Part shown: piece by piece, positions 9,209 to 19,382 of the stretch | How positions within the stretch are numbered: the stretch's first letter is position 1 | Layout: each line of letters begins with the position of its first letter | Source of the DNA: Clostridia bacterium | Lineage (GTDB): Bacteria; Bacillota; Clostridia; UMGS1883 | NCBI GenBank assembly: GCA_017547445.1 | Contig: JAFYPR010000033.1 | Coordinates: 1 to 41,933, forward strand | DNA: 41,933 bases | Direction: 5' to 3' | The notes under the pieces: generated by a model | The model's database searches: none | The model's input: the letters and a program-made list of their open reading frames with translations, nothing else | What the model was told of the DNA's origin: nothing | Position numbers and translations under genes: made by a program

Positions 9209-9942
9209 CTGTTTTTCTGCGCAGCCGCACTGGCTACCCTCCAGCCTGAAATCTCCGACGTACAAAGAGCCGTAAAAAGCCTCTGCCTTAATCCGGGGTA
9301 TTTTCCCTCCATTTCAGAAAGAAGCTTCTTAACCTCCTCACGCATGGTATTTCCGTCAGCCGTGCATTTATTTTTCACTATCGGTAAATTTTCTTTTTCG
9401 CTAAAGCTCTTTACAAACCACTCAGGCATATAAATCATAGGCCTTATAACCCATACCTCTTTTCTGTCAAGGTATGTAACGGGCGAAAAGCACCCCAGTC
9501 TCCCTTCAAAAATCTGATTCATCCAGAAGGTCTCAATAACATCGTCATAATGATGCCCCAGTGCCACCTTGTCGCTTCCAATCTCCTTCGCCGCTTCGTT
9601 CAATGCGCCACGGCGCATATTTGCGCAAAGAGAGCAGGGGTTTTTCTCTTTTCGTACATCAAATATAATCTCACGTATATCCGTCTTCTTTATATAATAC
9701 GGCACCTCTAATTTATCGCACAATTCCCTTATAGGCGAAAAATCCATCCCCTCAAAACCCATGTCAATGCTTATTGCCGATAAGGTAAACTTCTCAGGGT
9801 AAAACCTTTTTAATGCCGCCAGGGTAACAAGAAGGGTTAAACTGTCCTTACCGCCCGATACACCGACAGTAATGTGGTCCCCTTCTCTTATCATATTATA
9901 ATCTTCAACAGCTTTTCTCATATAGCTCAATGCTTTTCTCAT
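9199..9942 (-). CDS. ttcA: TtcA-family PP-loop ATPase (tRNA 2-thiocytidine synthetase-like)
   Basis: PP-loop 'GVSGGKDS' and the Cys motif 'NPCSLCANMRRG'. I chose ATG 9942, preceded by AGAGGTG. The track start at 9972 is a GTG with no RBS. Confidence 0.75.
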   Translation of the reverse strand: MRKALSYMRKAVEDYNMIREGDHITVGVSGGKDSLTLLVTLAALKRFYPEKFTLSAISIDMGFEGMDFSPIRELCDKLEVPYYIKKTDIREIIFDVRKEKNPCSLCANMRRGALNEAAKEIGSDKVALGHHYDDVIETFWMNQIFEGRLGCFSPVTYLDRKEVWVIRPMIYMPEWFVKSFSEKENLPIVKNKCTADGNTMREEVKKLLSEMEGKYPGLRQRLFTALCTSEISGWRVASAAAQKNRRK

Positions 9943-10016
9943 CAAAACACCTCTTTTTCTACAATTATACACGTTCTTATGGGTATAATCAATATAAATT
10001 TTTCAATTTGCCCCAT

Positions 10017-10066
10017 GAGAAAACACGAGAAAACACGAGTTTTAACGAGAAAACGGGAGATACAAC
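10017..10066. repeat. Five phased 10-bp units (GAGAAAACAC-like) upstream of the rplM promoter
   Basis: gagaaaacac gagaaaacac gagttttaac gagaaaacgg gagatacaac. The A/T-tracts recur once per helical turn. Confidence 0.8.
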
Positions 10067-10096
10067 TGCATTTTTTATTTTTTTACAAAAAAGGTG

Positions 10097-10125
10097 TTGA
10101 CATTTTGGCTCCTCTATATTAAAAT
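10097..10125 (+). promoter_or_regulatory. Sigma-70-type promoter of rplM-rpsI
   Basis: TTGACA (10097-10102), 17-nt spacer, TAAAAT (10120-10125). Confidence 0.75.
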
Positions 10126-10195
10126 ACATCATGCTGAAAGAAAAAACCAACAAACGAAGGTTTATTTCAAATATATAAAACGGAGGTAATTTTCA

Positions 10196-10633
10196 ATGAA
10201 AAGCTACATGGAAAATGCCGGCACAGTAAAAAGAAGCTGGTATATTATCGACGCTACAGGCAAGAGCTTAGGACGTGTTGCTGCAGAAGCTGCAAGCATC
10301 CTTCGCGGTAAGAACAAGCCCACATTCACACCTCATGCAGACTGCGGTGACCACGTAATCATCGTTAACTGCGATGCAGCTGTACTTACAGGTGATAAGC
10401 TTAACCAGAAGATGTACCGTCACCACACAGGTTGGGTTGGCGGCCTTAAGGAAACATCCGCAAAGGATATGATGGCTAAGCACTCTGACAGAGCTATGTA
10501 CATGGCTGTTAAGGGTATGCTCCCCAAGACAACACTTGGCGCAAAGGCTCTTACTCGTCTCAGAGTATACAAGGGCGCAGAACACGATCACGCAGCTCAG
10601 ATGCCTCAGGCATGGAACGGCGAAATTAAGTAA
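10196..10633 (+). CDS. rplM: 50S ribosomal protein L13
   Basis: The 145-aa sequence 'RSWYIIDATGKSLGRVA...' is typical of L13. RBS is GGAGGT. It is followed by rpsI, as in most bacteria. Confidence 0.95.
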   Translation: MKSYMENAGTVKRSWYIIDATGKSLGRVAAEAASILRGKNKPTFTPHADCGDHVIIVNCDAAVLTGDKLNQKMYRHHTGWVGGLKETSAKDMMAKHSDRAMYMAVKGMLPKTTLGAKALTRLRVYKGAEHDHAAQMPQAWNGEIK

Positions 10634-10648
10634 GGGAGGTAATTAACA

Positions 10649-11044
10649 ATGGCAGTAACACAGTATTTCGGTACAGGTAGAAGAAAGAAGTCCGTTGCAA
10701 GAGTACGTCTTGTACCCGGCACAGGTAACGTTGTTATCAACAAGAGAAGCCTTGATGATTACTTCGGTCTTGAAACACTCAAGGTTATCGTTCGTCAGCC
10801 CCTCACACTTACAGGTACAGTTGAAAAGTTCGACGTAATCTGTAACGTACAGGGCGGCGGTTTCACAGGTCAGGCAGGTGCTATCCGTCACGGTATCGCA
10901 CGTGCACTCCTTAAGGTAGATGAAGCAGCTTACCGTTCTGACCTCAAGAAGGCAGGTTTCTTAACAAGAGATCCCAGAATGAAGGAAAGAAAGAAGTACG
11001 GTTTGAAGGCAGCTCGTCGTGCTCCTCAGTTCTCAAAGAGATAA
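10649..11044 (+). CDS. rpsI: 30S ribosomal protein S9
   Basis: 131 aa ending in '...RRAPQFSKR', with 'GGG.TGQAGA.RHGI'. RBS is GGGAGG. Confidence 0.95.
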   Translation: MAVTQYFGTGRRKKSVARVRLVPGTGNVVINKRSLDDYFGLETLKVIVRQPLTLTGTVEKFDVICNVQGGGFTGQAGAIRHGIARALLKVDEAAYRSDLKKAGFLTRDPRMKERKKYGLKAARRAPQFSKR

Positions 11045-11066
11045 CAGAATATACTTTGTATTTCTT

Positions 11067-11105
11067 CAGCAGGTATTCGCAAGAGTACCTGCTGTTTGTT
11101 TTTAT
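11067..11105 (+). terminator. Intrinsic terminator of rplM-rpsI
   Basis: 9-bp stem cagcaggta/tacctgctg followed by tttgttttt. Confidence 0.8.
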
Positions 11106-11124
11106 ACACAATATTTGCAACGCA

Positions 11125-11162
11125 AAAACTGATGTTATCCCTCATCGGAAAACATCAGTTTT
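11125..11162 (-). terminator. Intrinsic terminator downstream of the GH35 gene (usable on both strands)
   Basis: 12-bp stem aaaactgatgtt/aacatcagtttt with flanking A and T runs, 16 nt past the GH35 stop. Confidence 0.7.
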
Positions 11163-11178
11163 TTGTCTTTCTGTATTT

Positions 11179-13224
11179 TTAAAATTCTTTGTAGAAATCG
11201 TCCTTCATTTCACTCATGACAAGATACGCCTCTTTCATGAAAACAAGCCTTGCGGGAACACGCCATGGCTTTGAGCAATAAAAATTATCTGCAACAAGCT
11301 CGCCGTTTACATAAAGCTGCGCCACATCATACTTATATCCCACTTCAAAAAAGCCACAGGGCGACGATGCGTAAATTTTCTTCCACTCACGTTTTCTTTC
11401 GCCGCCGAAGTTAAGCTGTTCCCCGTAAGGCGGTAAGAACGGCTCCTCACAGGAAGAAAAATACACCTCCGCCTCGTCGTAATCAACATCAACCATATAA
11501 GACTCAAAGTCCTCCCCTGCCCATTCACGGTAGGAATAATCCCCCTTTTCAATACAGCAAAGCTTTCCGTCCTTAAGGTAAAGATTGCAGTTATCACCCA
11601 CATACACCTTAGAGTCAAGCACCCTTAAATACTTTGCATCCTCATAGCTTAAGGTGACAATTCTTTTTCCCGCATATACAAAGTTTGCTCCCCTGAACAC
11701 TCCGGTGCAATCCTTGAATTTAAACTCTCTTTCCACATCGGGAATTTGTGCAAAAAAGTATGTATCTCCCACATTGCACAAGGGCTGTGCAGTTGCATAT
11801 TCCAGCACGACATCACCCATTTCAAGGTTAAAGGGCAGTATAAAGCTCACATCGCCCACAACATCAACAGAGGGGAATATAACCTCTCCTGTATCAAAAA
11901 CAACGTCGAAAACGTCCTTTACAGGATAAAGCCTTTGATAATGGTTTACAAAGATAAACCCGCTTTTGCCGTCTGTGCGCATACAGTACCGCAAGGAGTC
12001 AAAATCAGTTTCTTTAACGAAATGCTCTGCCCCGACACTTTCCATAGTTGCAAGGCGTTCTCCGAAGCTTTGCACAAACATATGAAGCATATTAAGCATC
12101 CCGTGCTGACCGCCTGCCTCTCCATAGGCAGAAAGTGCAGTATTGTAATCATAATTCAAAATGGGATAATCATTAGGATAGCCTGTTTCCTTACTTTCGT
12201 TAAAGGTTGATTTTTTGCCTATCTTATTAACACCGCCGTGATACATATAATAGCCTATAAGATTATTTCCGCAGCCTAATTTTACAAGGCTCATGGCATA
12301 GGCATCCATATCGGTGACCATGCCCCGTCTGTGATGGGTGGGATGTATGCCTGCACCAAGCTCGCATGTTGCAAAGGGATATCTTTCGTAAGGAAGCACC
12401 CAGCCGTCATTGTCTGTGGGCTTTATAATATCAAGTCCTACCGCCGAGTCGTTTCTCATGGTATCAAAGGCATAGTGAGGCGAGGGAGCAAGCTTTTCCC
12501 TGTGCCCTGCCCAGGGCGCCTCAGCATAGGCAGCAAACACAGGAACAACCTCATCCACGGGAATTTTAGCTCCGTATAAGCTATTCCAGCCTGTAACGGT
12601 GTATACCGGGGCAGCATAACCTATTTCAAGTGCCAGCTTTTTCAATGCCAGAAGGTGTCCGGGATTGTTCACAAGCTCGTTTTCAAACTGTACACCTATG
12701 ATTCTGCCGCCATCCTTATAAAAAAGGCCCTTAACCTCATTAAAGATTTTTTCGTACCATATCCGCACCTTCGCCATATATTCATCATTATTGTCACGTT
12801 TTTTAAAAGGCTTTTCAACAAGCCAGTCAGGGAAACCGCCGTTACGGCATTCTCCGTGGCACCAGGGCCCTATCCTTATAAAAACATCAAGTCCTGCCCT
12901 TTGTGCCTCCAGAACAAATCTGCGTATATCCCTATCCCCCGTAAAATCAAAATCACCTTCATTTTCTTCGTGATAAATCCAAAAAACATACGTTGCAACA
13001 ATGTCAACCCCTCCGGCTTTCATTTTGCAAAGCTCGTCATACCAGTTTTCACACTTATCACGCGAAAAATGATATTCCCCCATAACAGGAATATATGGCT
13101 TGCCTCCCCTTTCAAAGCAAAGGCTTGTAACCTCAAATTTTTCACCATAGGGGTTTTCTCCGCCCATGTTAAGATGGCCGCGCAATACGGGTGATTTTTT
13201 ATACTCCTTAAATTTATATATCAT
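11179..13224 (-). CDS. Glycoside hydrolase family 35 beta-galactosidase
   Basis: 'GEYHFSR...W...L.KMKAGG...V.TYVFW..HE...G.FDF.G..D...F' and 'IRIGPWCHGECRNGGFPDWL' match the GH35 catalytic-domain signature. Confidence 0.85.
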   Translation of the reverse strand: MIYKFKEYKKSPVLRGHLNMGGENPYGEKFEVTSLCFERGGKPYIPVMGEYHFSRDKCENWYDELCKMKAGGVDIVATYVFWIYHEENEGDFDFTGDRDIRRFVLEAQRAGLDVFIRIGPWCHGECRNGGFPDWLVEKPFKKRDNNDEYMAKVRIWYEKIFNEVKGLFYKDGGRIIGVQFENELVNNPGHLLALKKLALEIGYAAPVYTVTGWNSLYGAKIPVDEVVPVFAAYAEAPWAGHREKLAPSPHYAFDTMRNDSAVGLDIIKPTDNDGWVLPYERYPFATCELGAGIHPTHHRRGMVTDMDAYAMSLVKLGCGNNLIGYYMYHGGVNKIGKKSTFNESKETGYPNDYPILNYDYNTALSAYGEAGGQHGMLNMLHMFVQSFGERLATMESVGAEHFVKETDFDSLRYCMRTDGKSGFIFVNHYQRLYPVKDVFDVVFDTGEVIFPSVDVVGDVSFILPFNLEMGDVVLEYATAQPLCNVGDTYFFAQIPDVEREFKFKDCTGVFRGANFVYAGKRIVTLSYEDAKYLRVLDSKVYVGDNCNLYLKDGKLCCIEKGDYSYREWAGEDFESYMVDVDYDEAEVYFSSCEEPFLPPYGEQLNFGGERKREWKKIYASSPCGFFEVGYKYDVAQLYVNGELVADNFYCSKPWRVPARLVFMKEAYLVMSEMKDDFYKEF

Positions 13225-13264
13225 GCTGTGTCACATCCTTTCTTTGAGTATACTATAATACAAT

Positions 13265-13310
13265 AAAAAAGTCCATGAATTACTTCATTGAAGTGATTCA
13301 TGGACTTTTT
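13265..13310 (-). terminator. Intrinsic terminator ending the ylxM-ffh-rpsP-khpA operon
   Basis: 10-bp stem gtccatgaat/attcatggac extended by A/T runs on both sides. Confidence 0.8.
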
Positions 13311-13311
13311 A

Positions 13312-13545
13312 TTATTCAACGATTTCAACAGCAACCTTTTTGCCGTCCTTGTTTGCAGCAGCCTTCATAACTGTTCTGATGGCTTTTGCAATTCTGCCCT
13401 GTCTGCCGATAACCTTACCCATATCGGAGGATGCTACCTTCAAAGAAAGAAGGATTTCGCCGTCTTCCTTTTCAGATTCTGTAATTTCAACATCCATGGG
13501 GTTATCAACCAAGGGAAGAACAATTGCACTTAAAAGTTCTTTCAT
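13312..13545 (-). CDS. khpA: KH-domain RNA-binding protein (YlqC/KhpA-like)
   Basis: 77 aa with 'GKVIGRQGRIAKAIRTV' (the KH GxxG loop). It sits in the conserved position after rpsP. Confidence 0.85.
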   Translation of the reverse strand: MKELLSAIVLPLVDNPMDVEITESEKEDGEILLSLKVASSDMGKVIGRQGRIAKAIRTVMKAAANKDGKKVAVEIVE

Positions 13546-13597
13546 TTTCTTAACCCTTTCGTGTCAGCTTAATTAACTGCGTCAGATTAACGCACAA

Positions 13598-13843
13598 TTA
13601 ACCAATGATACCTTTCTTTTTAAGGAGAACCTTAACTGTATCTGTGGGCTGAGCACCCTTAGCCATCCAGCTCTTAACCTTGTCAGCATCAACTGTGAAT
13701 GTGGAGGGTTCTGTCATAGGATTGTAAGTACCTACTTCTTCGATGAATCTGCCGTCACGGGGGTAACGGGAATCTGCTACTACTACACGGTAGAAGGGAG
13801 CCTTCTTAGCACCCATTCTTCTGAGTCTGATTTTAACTGCCAT
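13598..13843 (-). CDS. rpsP: 30S ribosomal protein S16
   Basis: '[26 protein letters not shown]' is typical of S16. Confidence 0.95.
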   Translation of the reverse strand: MAVKIRLRRMGAKKAPFYRVVVADSRYPRDGRFIEEVGTYNPMTEPSTFTVDADKVKSWMAKGAQPTDTVKVLLKKKGIIG

Positions 13844-13899
13844 TTTACTGCACCTCTTAAAATAAAATTTTTATATATTAAATCAGGTTTAACCCAAAT

Positions 13900-15225
13900 T
13901 TAAAACGGTAATCTCATCTTTTTGAGCTTCTTGGGGTCAGAGAACATTTTCATCATTTTCCTCATCTGCTCAAACTGTTTCAAAAGCTGATTAACCTCAG
14001 CAATATCACATCCACTACCCTTTGCAATACGCATTTTACGGCTGTGGTTTAAAATTTCGGGCTTTTCACGCTCTTTATTGGTCATTGACTTTATGATAGC
14101 TTCAATATGCGCCATCCTCTTTTCGTCAATTTTCGCATTTTTAAGCGCCTTTGAATCAACACCGGGCAGAAGCTTAAGCATGTTTTCCAAAGGTCCCATG
14201 TTCTTCATCTGCTCCAGCTGATCAAGGTAATCGTTGAGGTCAAAGGTCTGCTCCTTGATTTTCTTTTCAAGCTCAATAGCCTTCTTTTCGTCGATTGCCT
14301 CCTGTGCCTTGTCTATAAGACTTAACACGTCGCCCATGCCCAGAATTCTCGATGCCATTCTGTCAGGATGGAAAGGTTCAAGGTCTGTGAGCTTTTCGCC
14401 CATACCTGCAAACTTTATGGGTTTGCCCGTTACTGCCTTTACGCTCAGTGCCGCACCGCCACGTGTATCACCGTCAAGCTTTGTAAGAACAATTGCGTCA
14501 ATGCCCAACTGCTCGTTAAAGCTTTCAGCCACGTTAACTGCGTCCTGACCTGCCATTGCATCAATAACCAGAAGTATTTCCGCAGGGTGTGTTTCATTTT
14601 TTATATCAACAAGCTCGCCCATAAGAGCTTCGTCTATATGAAGGCGGCCTGCCGTATCTAAAATAATTGTATCGTACTTGGATAAATCGCATGTCGCTAC
14701 TGCTTTTTTTGCAATATTGACAGGACTCTTTTCCTCGTAATCTGCATATACGTCACAGCCTACCTGACCGCCTACAACCTCAAGTTGCTTTATAGCGGCG
14801 GGACGGTACACATCACAGCCTACCAGAAGCACTCTCTTACCGCCCTTTTTCAGAAGAGCGCCCAGTTTTGCCGAGGTAGTTGTCTTACCTGCACCCTGTA
14901 AACCTACCATCATGTAAACTGTAGGAGGCTTGGGTGAAACCGTAAGCTTTGAAGAACTTCCGCCCATAAGCTCAGTAAGCTCTTCACGTACAATCTTTAT
15001 AATCTGCTGACCGGGAGTAAGACTTTCCAGCACACTGCTGCCTACTGCCTTTTCAAAAACCTTCTTTTCAAAGTCCTTAACGACCTTGAAGCTGACATCG
15101 GCTTCTAAAAGCGCAAGTCTTACTTCACGCATGGCATCCTTTAAATCCTTTTCGGAAACCTTGCCCTTGCCCGTAAGCTTTTTAAACGTATTCTGCAGTT
15201 TTTCTCCAAGGGAATCAAAAGCCAT
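13900..15225 (-). CDS. ffh: Signal recognition particle protein Ffh
   Basis: GTPase motifs GLQGAGKTT, DTAGR and TKLD, plus a Met-rich M domain at the C-terminus. Confidence 0.95.
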   Translation of the reverse strand: MAFDSLGEKLQNTFKKLTGKGKVSEKDLKDAMREVRLALLEADVSFKVVKDFEKKVFEKAVGSSVLESLTPGQQIIKIVREELTELMGGSSSKLTVSPKPPTVYMMVGLQGAGKTTTSAKLGALLKKGGKRVLLVGCDVYRPAAIKQLEVVGGQVGCDVYADYEEKSPVNIAKKAVATCDLSKYDTIILDTAGRLHIDEALMGELVDIKNETHPAEILLVIDAMAGQDAVNVAESFNEQLGIDAIVLTKLDGDTRGGAALSVKAVTGKPIKFAGMGEKLTDLEPFHPDRMASRILGMGDVLSLIDKAQEAIDEKKAIELEKKIKEQTFDLNDYLDQLEQMKNMGPLENMLKLLPGVDSKALKNAKIDEKRMAHIEAIIKSMTNKEREKPEILNHSRKMRIAKGSGCDIAEVNQLLKQFEQMRKMMKMFSDPKKLKKMRLPF

Positions 15226-15241
15226 TTTGTTTCTCCTATCT

Positions 15242-15583
15242 TTATCTGAGTTTCTGCACTATGTCAATTATGTCATTTGTAAGCCTTTCAATGCTTTTAT
15301 TAAGCGAGGCATTCTGCACTTTAATCTTCATCGCATCTTCCTCAATGCGGTCAATAAGCGCCATCTTGGAATAAAGTCCGATTTTTTCCTCGTACAAATC
15401 AAGCATCTCTTCACCGCGCTTGATAAAATCCCTTACCCCCTGACGGCTGATGCCTGTGTTTTCGGCAATCTCACCTAAGGAAAGGTCTTCGTCATAATAA
15501 TATTCCATTGTCGAAAGCTGCTTATCCGTCAGAAGACTTCCGTAAACGGACAAAAGCGCACTGTATCTAAGATTTTTCTCCAT
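15242..15583 (-). CDS. ylxM: YlxM/UPF0122 helix-turn-helix protein
   Basis: 'LLSVYGSLLTDKQ...YYYDEDLSLGEIAE..GISRQGV.D' is the family pattern upstream of ffh. I chose ATG 15583, preceded by AAGAGGTG. Confidence 0.8.
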   Translation of the reverse strand: MEKNLRYSALLSVYGSLLTDKQLSTMEYYYDEDLSLGEIAENTGISRQGVRDFIKRGEEMLDLYEEKIGLYSKMALIDRIEEDAMKIKVQNASLNKSIERLTNDIIDIVQKLR

Positions 15584-15682
15584 AACCGACACCTCTTGTA
15601 AAGTCATTTAACTTTACACCTTTGCTATTTTACACGATTTCCACCCTTATGTCAATAGTTTTTTCACAATTTTTTTCACCTG

Positions 15683-15711
15683 TTGCATATTGCGACAAAA
15701 TTTGATATAAT
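15683..15711 (+). promoter_or_regulatory. Sigma-70-type promoter of ispE
   Basis: TTGCAT (15683-15688), 17-nt spacer, TATAAT (15706-15711). Confidence 0.7.
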
Positions 15712-15742
15712 TAATGTATTAAACTTAGGAAGAAGGCTTATT

Positions 15743-16609
15743 ATGGATACGCTTACAACAAAAGCATTTGCAAAAATCAATCTTTCTTTAGACGTTTTAG
15801 GCACCCTCCCCAACGGCTACCACGAGGTAAAAATGGTAATGCAGACAGTATCCTTATACGATACGGTAGAGCTTACGAAAACCGAAGAGGGCATATCCCT
15901 TGGTTGCTCCCTCCGTTTTCTTCCTACAGGAAGGGAAAACCTTGCATACCGTGCCGCAGAAGAGTTTTTTGCCGAAACAAATATAAAGGGCGGTGTTAAG
16001 ATTTTTCTTAAAAAGCTCATCCCCGTAGGCGCAGGCTTGGCAGGCGGTTCAAGCAATGCCGCGGCGGTTCTTACAGGGCTTAACCGCCTTTACGAAGCAA
16101 ATCTTTCCACCCGTAAGCTGTGCGAAATCGGCGCAAGATTAGGCGCAGACGTACCTTATTGTATTATAGGCGGCACCCGCCTTGCAGAAGGTATAGGCGA
16201 AAAGCTTTCCCCTCTTCCCACACTTCCCGACTGCCATATTGTTCTTGTAAAGCCTTCATTTTCCATATCCACCAAATGGGTATATGACAACATTGATGCC
16301 TGTGAAAACATCACCCATCCTCCTACGGACGAGCTTATCCGTGCCCTTGAGGCGGGCGACCTCAAGGGGGTATGCGCAAATATGGGCAATGTTTTAGAGG
16401 ATGTAAGTATTGCCCACTATCCCATTCTGACTTCCGTTAAGGAAGACCTTATTTCAGCAGGTGCAATTGCTTCCCAGATGTCAGGCAGCGGACCTACAGT
16501 CTTCGGCATTTTTGACAATCACGAAAAAGCGCAGAAGGCCAAGGAGGCTTTGTGGAAAAAATATAAAACGGCGTATGTCTGCCGTGCAGTAAAATCCTTC
16601 AAAAGATAA
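15743..16609 (+). CDS. ispE: 4-diphosphocytidyl-2-C-methyl-D-erythritol kinase
   Basis: 'AFAKINLSLDV' and the GHMP motif 'IPVGAGLAGGSSNAAA'. I chose ATG 15743 after AGGAAGAAGG. The longer TTG-start track ORF covers the promoter. Confidence 0.9.
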   Translation: MDTLTTKAFAKINLSLDVLGTLPNGYHEVKMVMQTVSLYDTVELTKTEEGISLGCSLRFLPTGRENLAYRAAEEFFAETNIKGGVKIFLKKLIPVGAGLAGGSSNAAAVLTGLNRLYEANLSTRKLCEIGARLGADVPYCIIGGTRLAEGIGEKLSPLPTLPDCHIVLVKPSFSISTKWVYDNIDACENITHPPTDELIRALEAGDLKGVCANMGNVLEDVSIAHYPILTSVKEDLISAGAIASQMSGSGPTVFGIFDNHEKAQKAKEALWKKYKTAYVCRAVKSFKR

Positions 16610-16627
16610 CAGGAGTGCATTCTTTCT

Positions 16628-19267
16628 ATGCAGATTTCAGAATTTTTCAAGATTTTCAACCTGTCCCATCCAAATATGGACAAGGTGAATTATTTCGTAT
16701 ACTGTAACGATTACAGCAACGCAAAAAAAGAGCTGCTGCGTTACTTTATCGACCGAAAGGCAAAGTATCTTTCAAGCGCAGAGCCGATAAGCGAAAGGGA
16801 TAAGAACTTTCCCTTAGCGTATATATCACGTCACGGTATACTCTCAGGTCCCAACGAGGCAGACTGCTATCTGTCCTCACTTTTTGTTGCCCACAGTGAA
16901 GACTATACTTCACTTGACGTATTGCCCTTTTTAAAGGACGAATTAGCCTTTATGATAATGAGCAGGCAAAAGGAAAAGGAGGGTGCACTTTTATATTCCC
17001 CCTCCTCCATTTTTCCGCCCTATTTAAACCTTGTATTAACAGACGGAAGCGAGGTTAAAATCCCCCCTTCCAAATATGCTTATATTTCAACAAAAAGTCC
17101 TTCAGAGCCTCTTTGTGACGAGGATATATACGAAATCTGCGAGGAAAGTGACGAACCGCAGGAGCCCTTCGGGCTTAATACAGGCAGGGTCTACATGGCA
17201 TTTGACACGTCGCATATCGACCCCGATACCATCACCTCTGCCCGTTTTACTGCAAAGATTTCTGTTTCCCGCGGTGTAACAAAGGAGCTTTTCTTCTTCC
17301 GTATATGTGACTCCTCCTGGGATAATACCCTTACCTGGGATAAGGTTAAGGGCAACGTATATTCATGGGAAAATTCACCCACGGGACCCGAGTGGATATC
17401 CCCCGAGGGCAGTGACAGTGAATATCTTAACGTTACAGCCCGCTTCTGGTTTGCCCGTCCCATGGCATATCAGTATCTTTCCGATACTGATAAAAATGCC
17501 GTCTACGGTGAAAAGCTGTTGTTTTTAATGGATGCCTTTTCCCAAAAGAAGGAGGGCGGCTTTAACAGAGTGCTGGAAACAGGCGAAAGGCTTTCCAACT
17601 TCACCTCCGTTTTAAATGCCCTTATCGACACCCCCGTTATGACATCCGATTACCTCGTTTCCATCCTTTATATGATGTACCGTGATATGAAGCATCTTAT
17701 AGAAAACCCCGATTTAGGCTGGAGCAACTGGGCAGTTGTCCGCACAAGCGGACTTAGTAAAGCCATAGACTTTCTCCCTGAATTAAAGGAGCACGAAAAG
17801 TGGAAAAATTCCACCCGAAGCCTTATGGATAAGCTCTTCGACAGGATGTATTCACCTGATTTTTCCTTCCGTGAAGCAGGTCTTGCATATTCATTCTGGT
17901 GCAACAGTCTTTTTGCCTCAGCGGTTAAATCGGCACATATGAATAATGACCCCTACAGTGCTTTTATGCGAAACAGGATTGAGAAAGCCTTTGATGCGTC
18001 CCTTGATTTTATTTATCCCAATCTGTATGACACAAATGTGGGCGATTCAAACTATAACTCAAAAGAGGATTATCTCACAACAGCAGGCAGTCTTTTTCCT
18101 ACAAAAAAGCTTAAAGCACTCCTTTCGGGCACGGATGATAAAACCATCCCTCCTTCAGTCTTCTACCCCTATTCGGGCAGTGTTATTATGCGAAACGGCT
18201 TTAACGGGGAAAACGCAATGTATCTTGCAATGCATTCCATCCCCTTTGACGGTCATGCCCATGATGACATAGGCAACATTCTTTTCTATGCCCATAACCG
18301 TCCCCTTATTACGGATACAGGCCGTTACGGCTACTCACAGGGGGAAATTTCGGCACATCTGAAAACCGTCAATGCCCACAATACAGTTGAAATTGAAGGC
18401 TATGATTATCTCCCCCACTCAGAATGTAATGCAAAGATAACCCGATTTGTTTCAAATCCCCGTTTTGACTATGCCGTAAGTGAAGCAAAGCCTTATAAGG
18501 GCATTGCCGCAACACATAAAAGAAGTGTGGTTTTCTTCAAAAAGGAAGGCTTTTCTGTAGTTTCCGATTATATCACTACAGATACCCCTGCGGTTAAATT
18601 CAGTCAGAACTGGCATTTTATGCCCCTCTCTAACCCCGAATGTGATTATAACAATCATATAAGCACAAGCTTCCCCTCGGGCAATATAACCCTTGTTTGC
18701 CCCGATGCAGACACAGCTGAAATCAAGGATGATATTTTCTCCTCAGGCTATGGCATGGCAGAGCGGAGCAATTATGCGTCATTTACAAAATACGGTCAGT
18801 CCGTCTCCATGACAACACTGCTTCTCCCCTATAAGGATGAGAGCAAAAGAGTTTCTTCCTACTCTACCACACCCGAGGATTTATCCTCTTCAAGTGCCGT
18901 GTTTGATATAGAATCCGAAAGATGCGTTTTCTATCAGAAAAATTCAGATTCTTCGGGCAGATTCTTGGACTGCACCTTTGACGGCGACATGGCAGCTCTT
19001 ATAAACGGAAGACTGTTTATATCAAACGGCAGTACACTTTCCATAAATTCAGGCGAAATAATTGCAAGCCATACACCGATTGAGGATATGTATATCCATA
19101 TCGCATCCGGCATAATAGAGATTGACTCTTCTTCTCTTATCCCCTCAACAAAACGTGATGAGGCAATAAAAATCTATGCCCCCAAAACAACCCACGTTCT
19201 TTTAAACGGTGAATCAATCCCCTTTACTTCATATTCGGACTATGTATATGCCGTAAAGACAAAATAA
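16628..19267 (+). CDS. Heparinase II/III-family polysaccharide lyase-like protein
   Basis: The C-terminal half has 'HAHDDIGNILFYAHNRPLITDTGRYGY...AHNTVEIEG', characteristic of the heparinase II/III-like domain. Confidence 0.75.
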   Translation: MQISEFFKIFNLSHPNMDKVNYFVYCNDYSNAKKELLRYFIDRKAKYLSSAEPISERDKNFPLAYISRHGILSGPNEADCYLSSLFVAHSEDYTSLDVLPFLKDELAFMIMSRQKEKEGALLYSPSSIFPPYLNLVLTDGSEVKIPPSKYAYISTKSPSEPLCDEDIYEICEESDEPQEPFGLNTGRVYMAFDTSHIDPDTITSARFTAKISVSRGVTKELFFFRICDSSWDNTLTWDKVKGNVYSWENSPTGPEWISPEGSDSEYLNVTARFWFARPMAYQYLSDTDKNAVYGEKLLFLMDAFSQKKEGGFNRVLETGERLSNFTSVLNALIDTPVMTSDYLVSILYMMYRDMKHLIENPDLGWSNWAVVRTSGLSKAIDFLPELKEHEKWKNSTRSLMDKLFDRMYSPDFSFREAGLAYSFWCNSLFASAVKSAHMNNDPYSAFMRNRIEKAFDASLDFIYPNLYDTNVGDSNYNSKEDYLTTAGSLFPTKKLKALLSGTDDKTIPPSVFYPYSGSVIMRNGFNGENAMYLAMHSIPFDGHAHDDIGNILFYAHNRPLITDTGRYGYSQGEISAHLKTVNAHNTVEIEGYDYLPHSECNAKITRFVSNPRFDYAVSEAKPYKGIAATHKRSVVFFKKEGFSVVSDYITTDTPAVKFSQNWHFMPLSNPECDYNNHISTSFPSGNITLVCPDADTAEIKDDIFSSGYGMAERSNYASFTKYGQSVSMTTLLLPYKDESKRVSSYSTTPEDLSSSSAVFDIESERCVFYQKNSDSSGRFLDCTFDGDMAALINGRLFISNGSTLSINSGEIIASHTPIEDMYIHIASGIIEIDSSSLIPSTKRDEAIKIYAPKTTHVLLNGESIPFTSYSDYVYAVKTK

Positions 19268-19382
19268 AAAAGCATTTTCAATGCTTCAACCCCCTCGTTC
19301 CCCCAATCTTGGGGGACGAAAAGGTAAGCTTTTATTTTATAAGCAAATATGCGCACATTCTGCGCGCAATTTCCTATATAAT

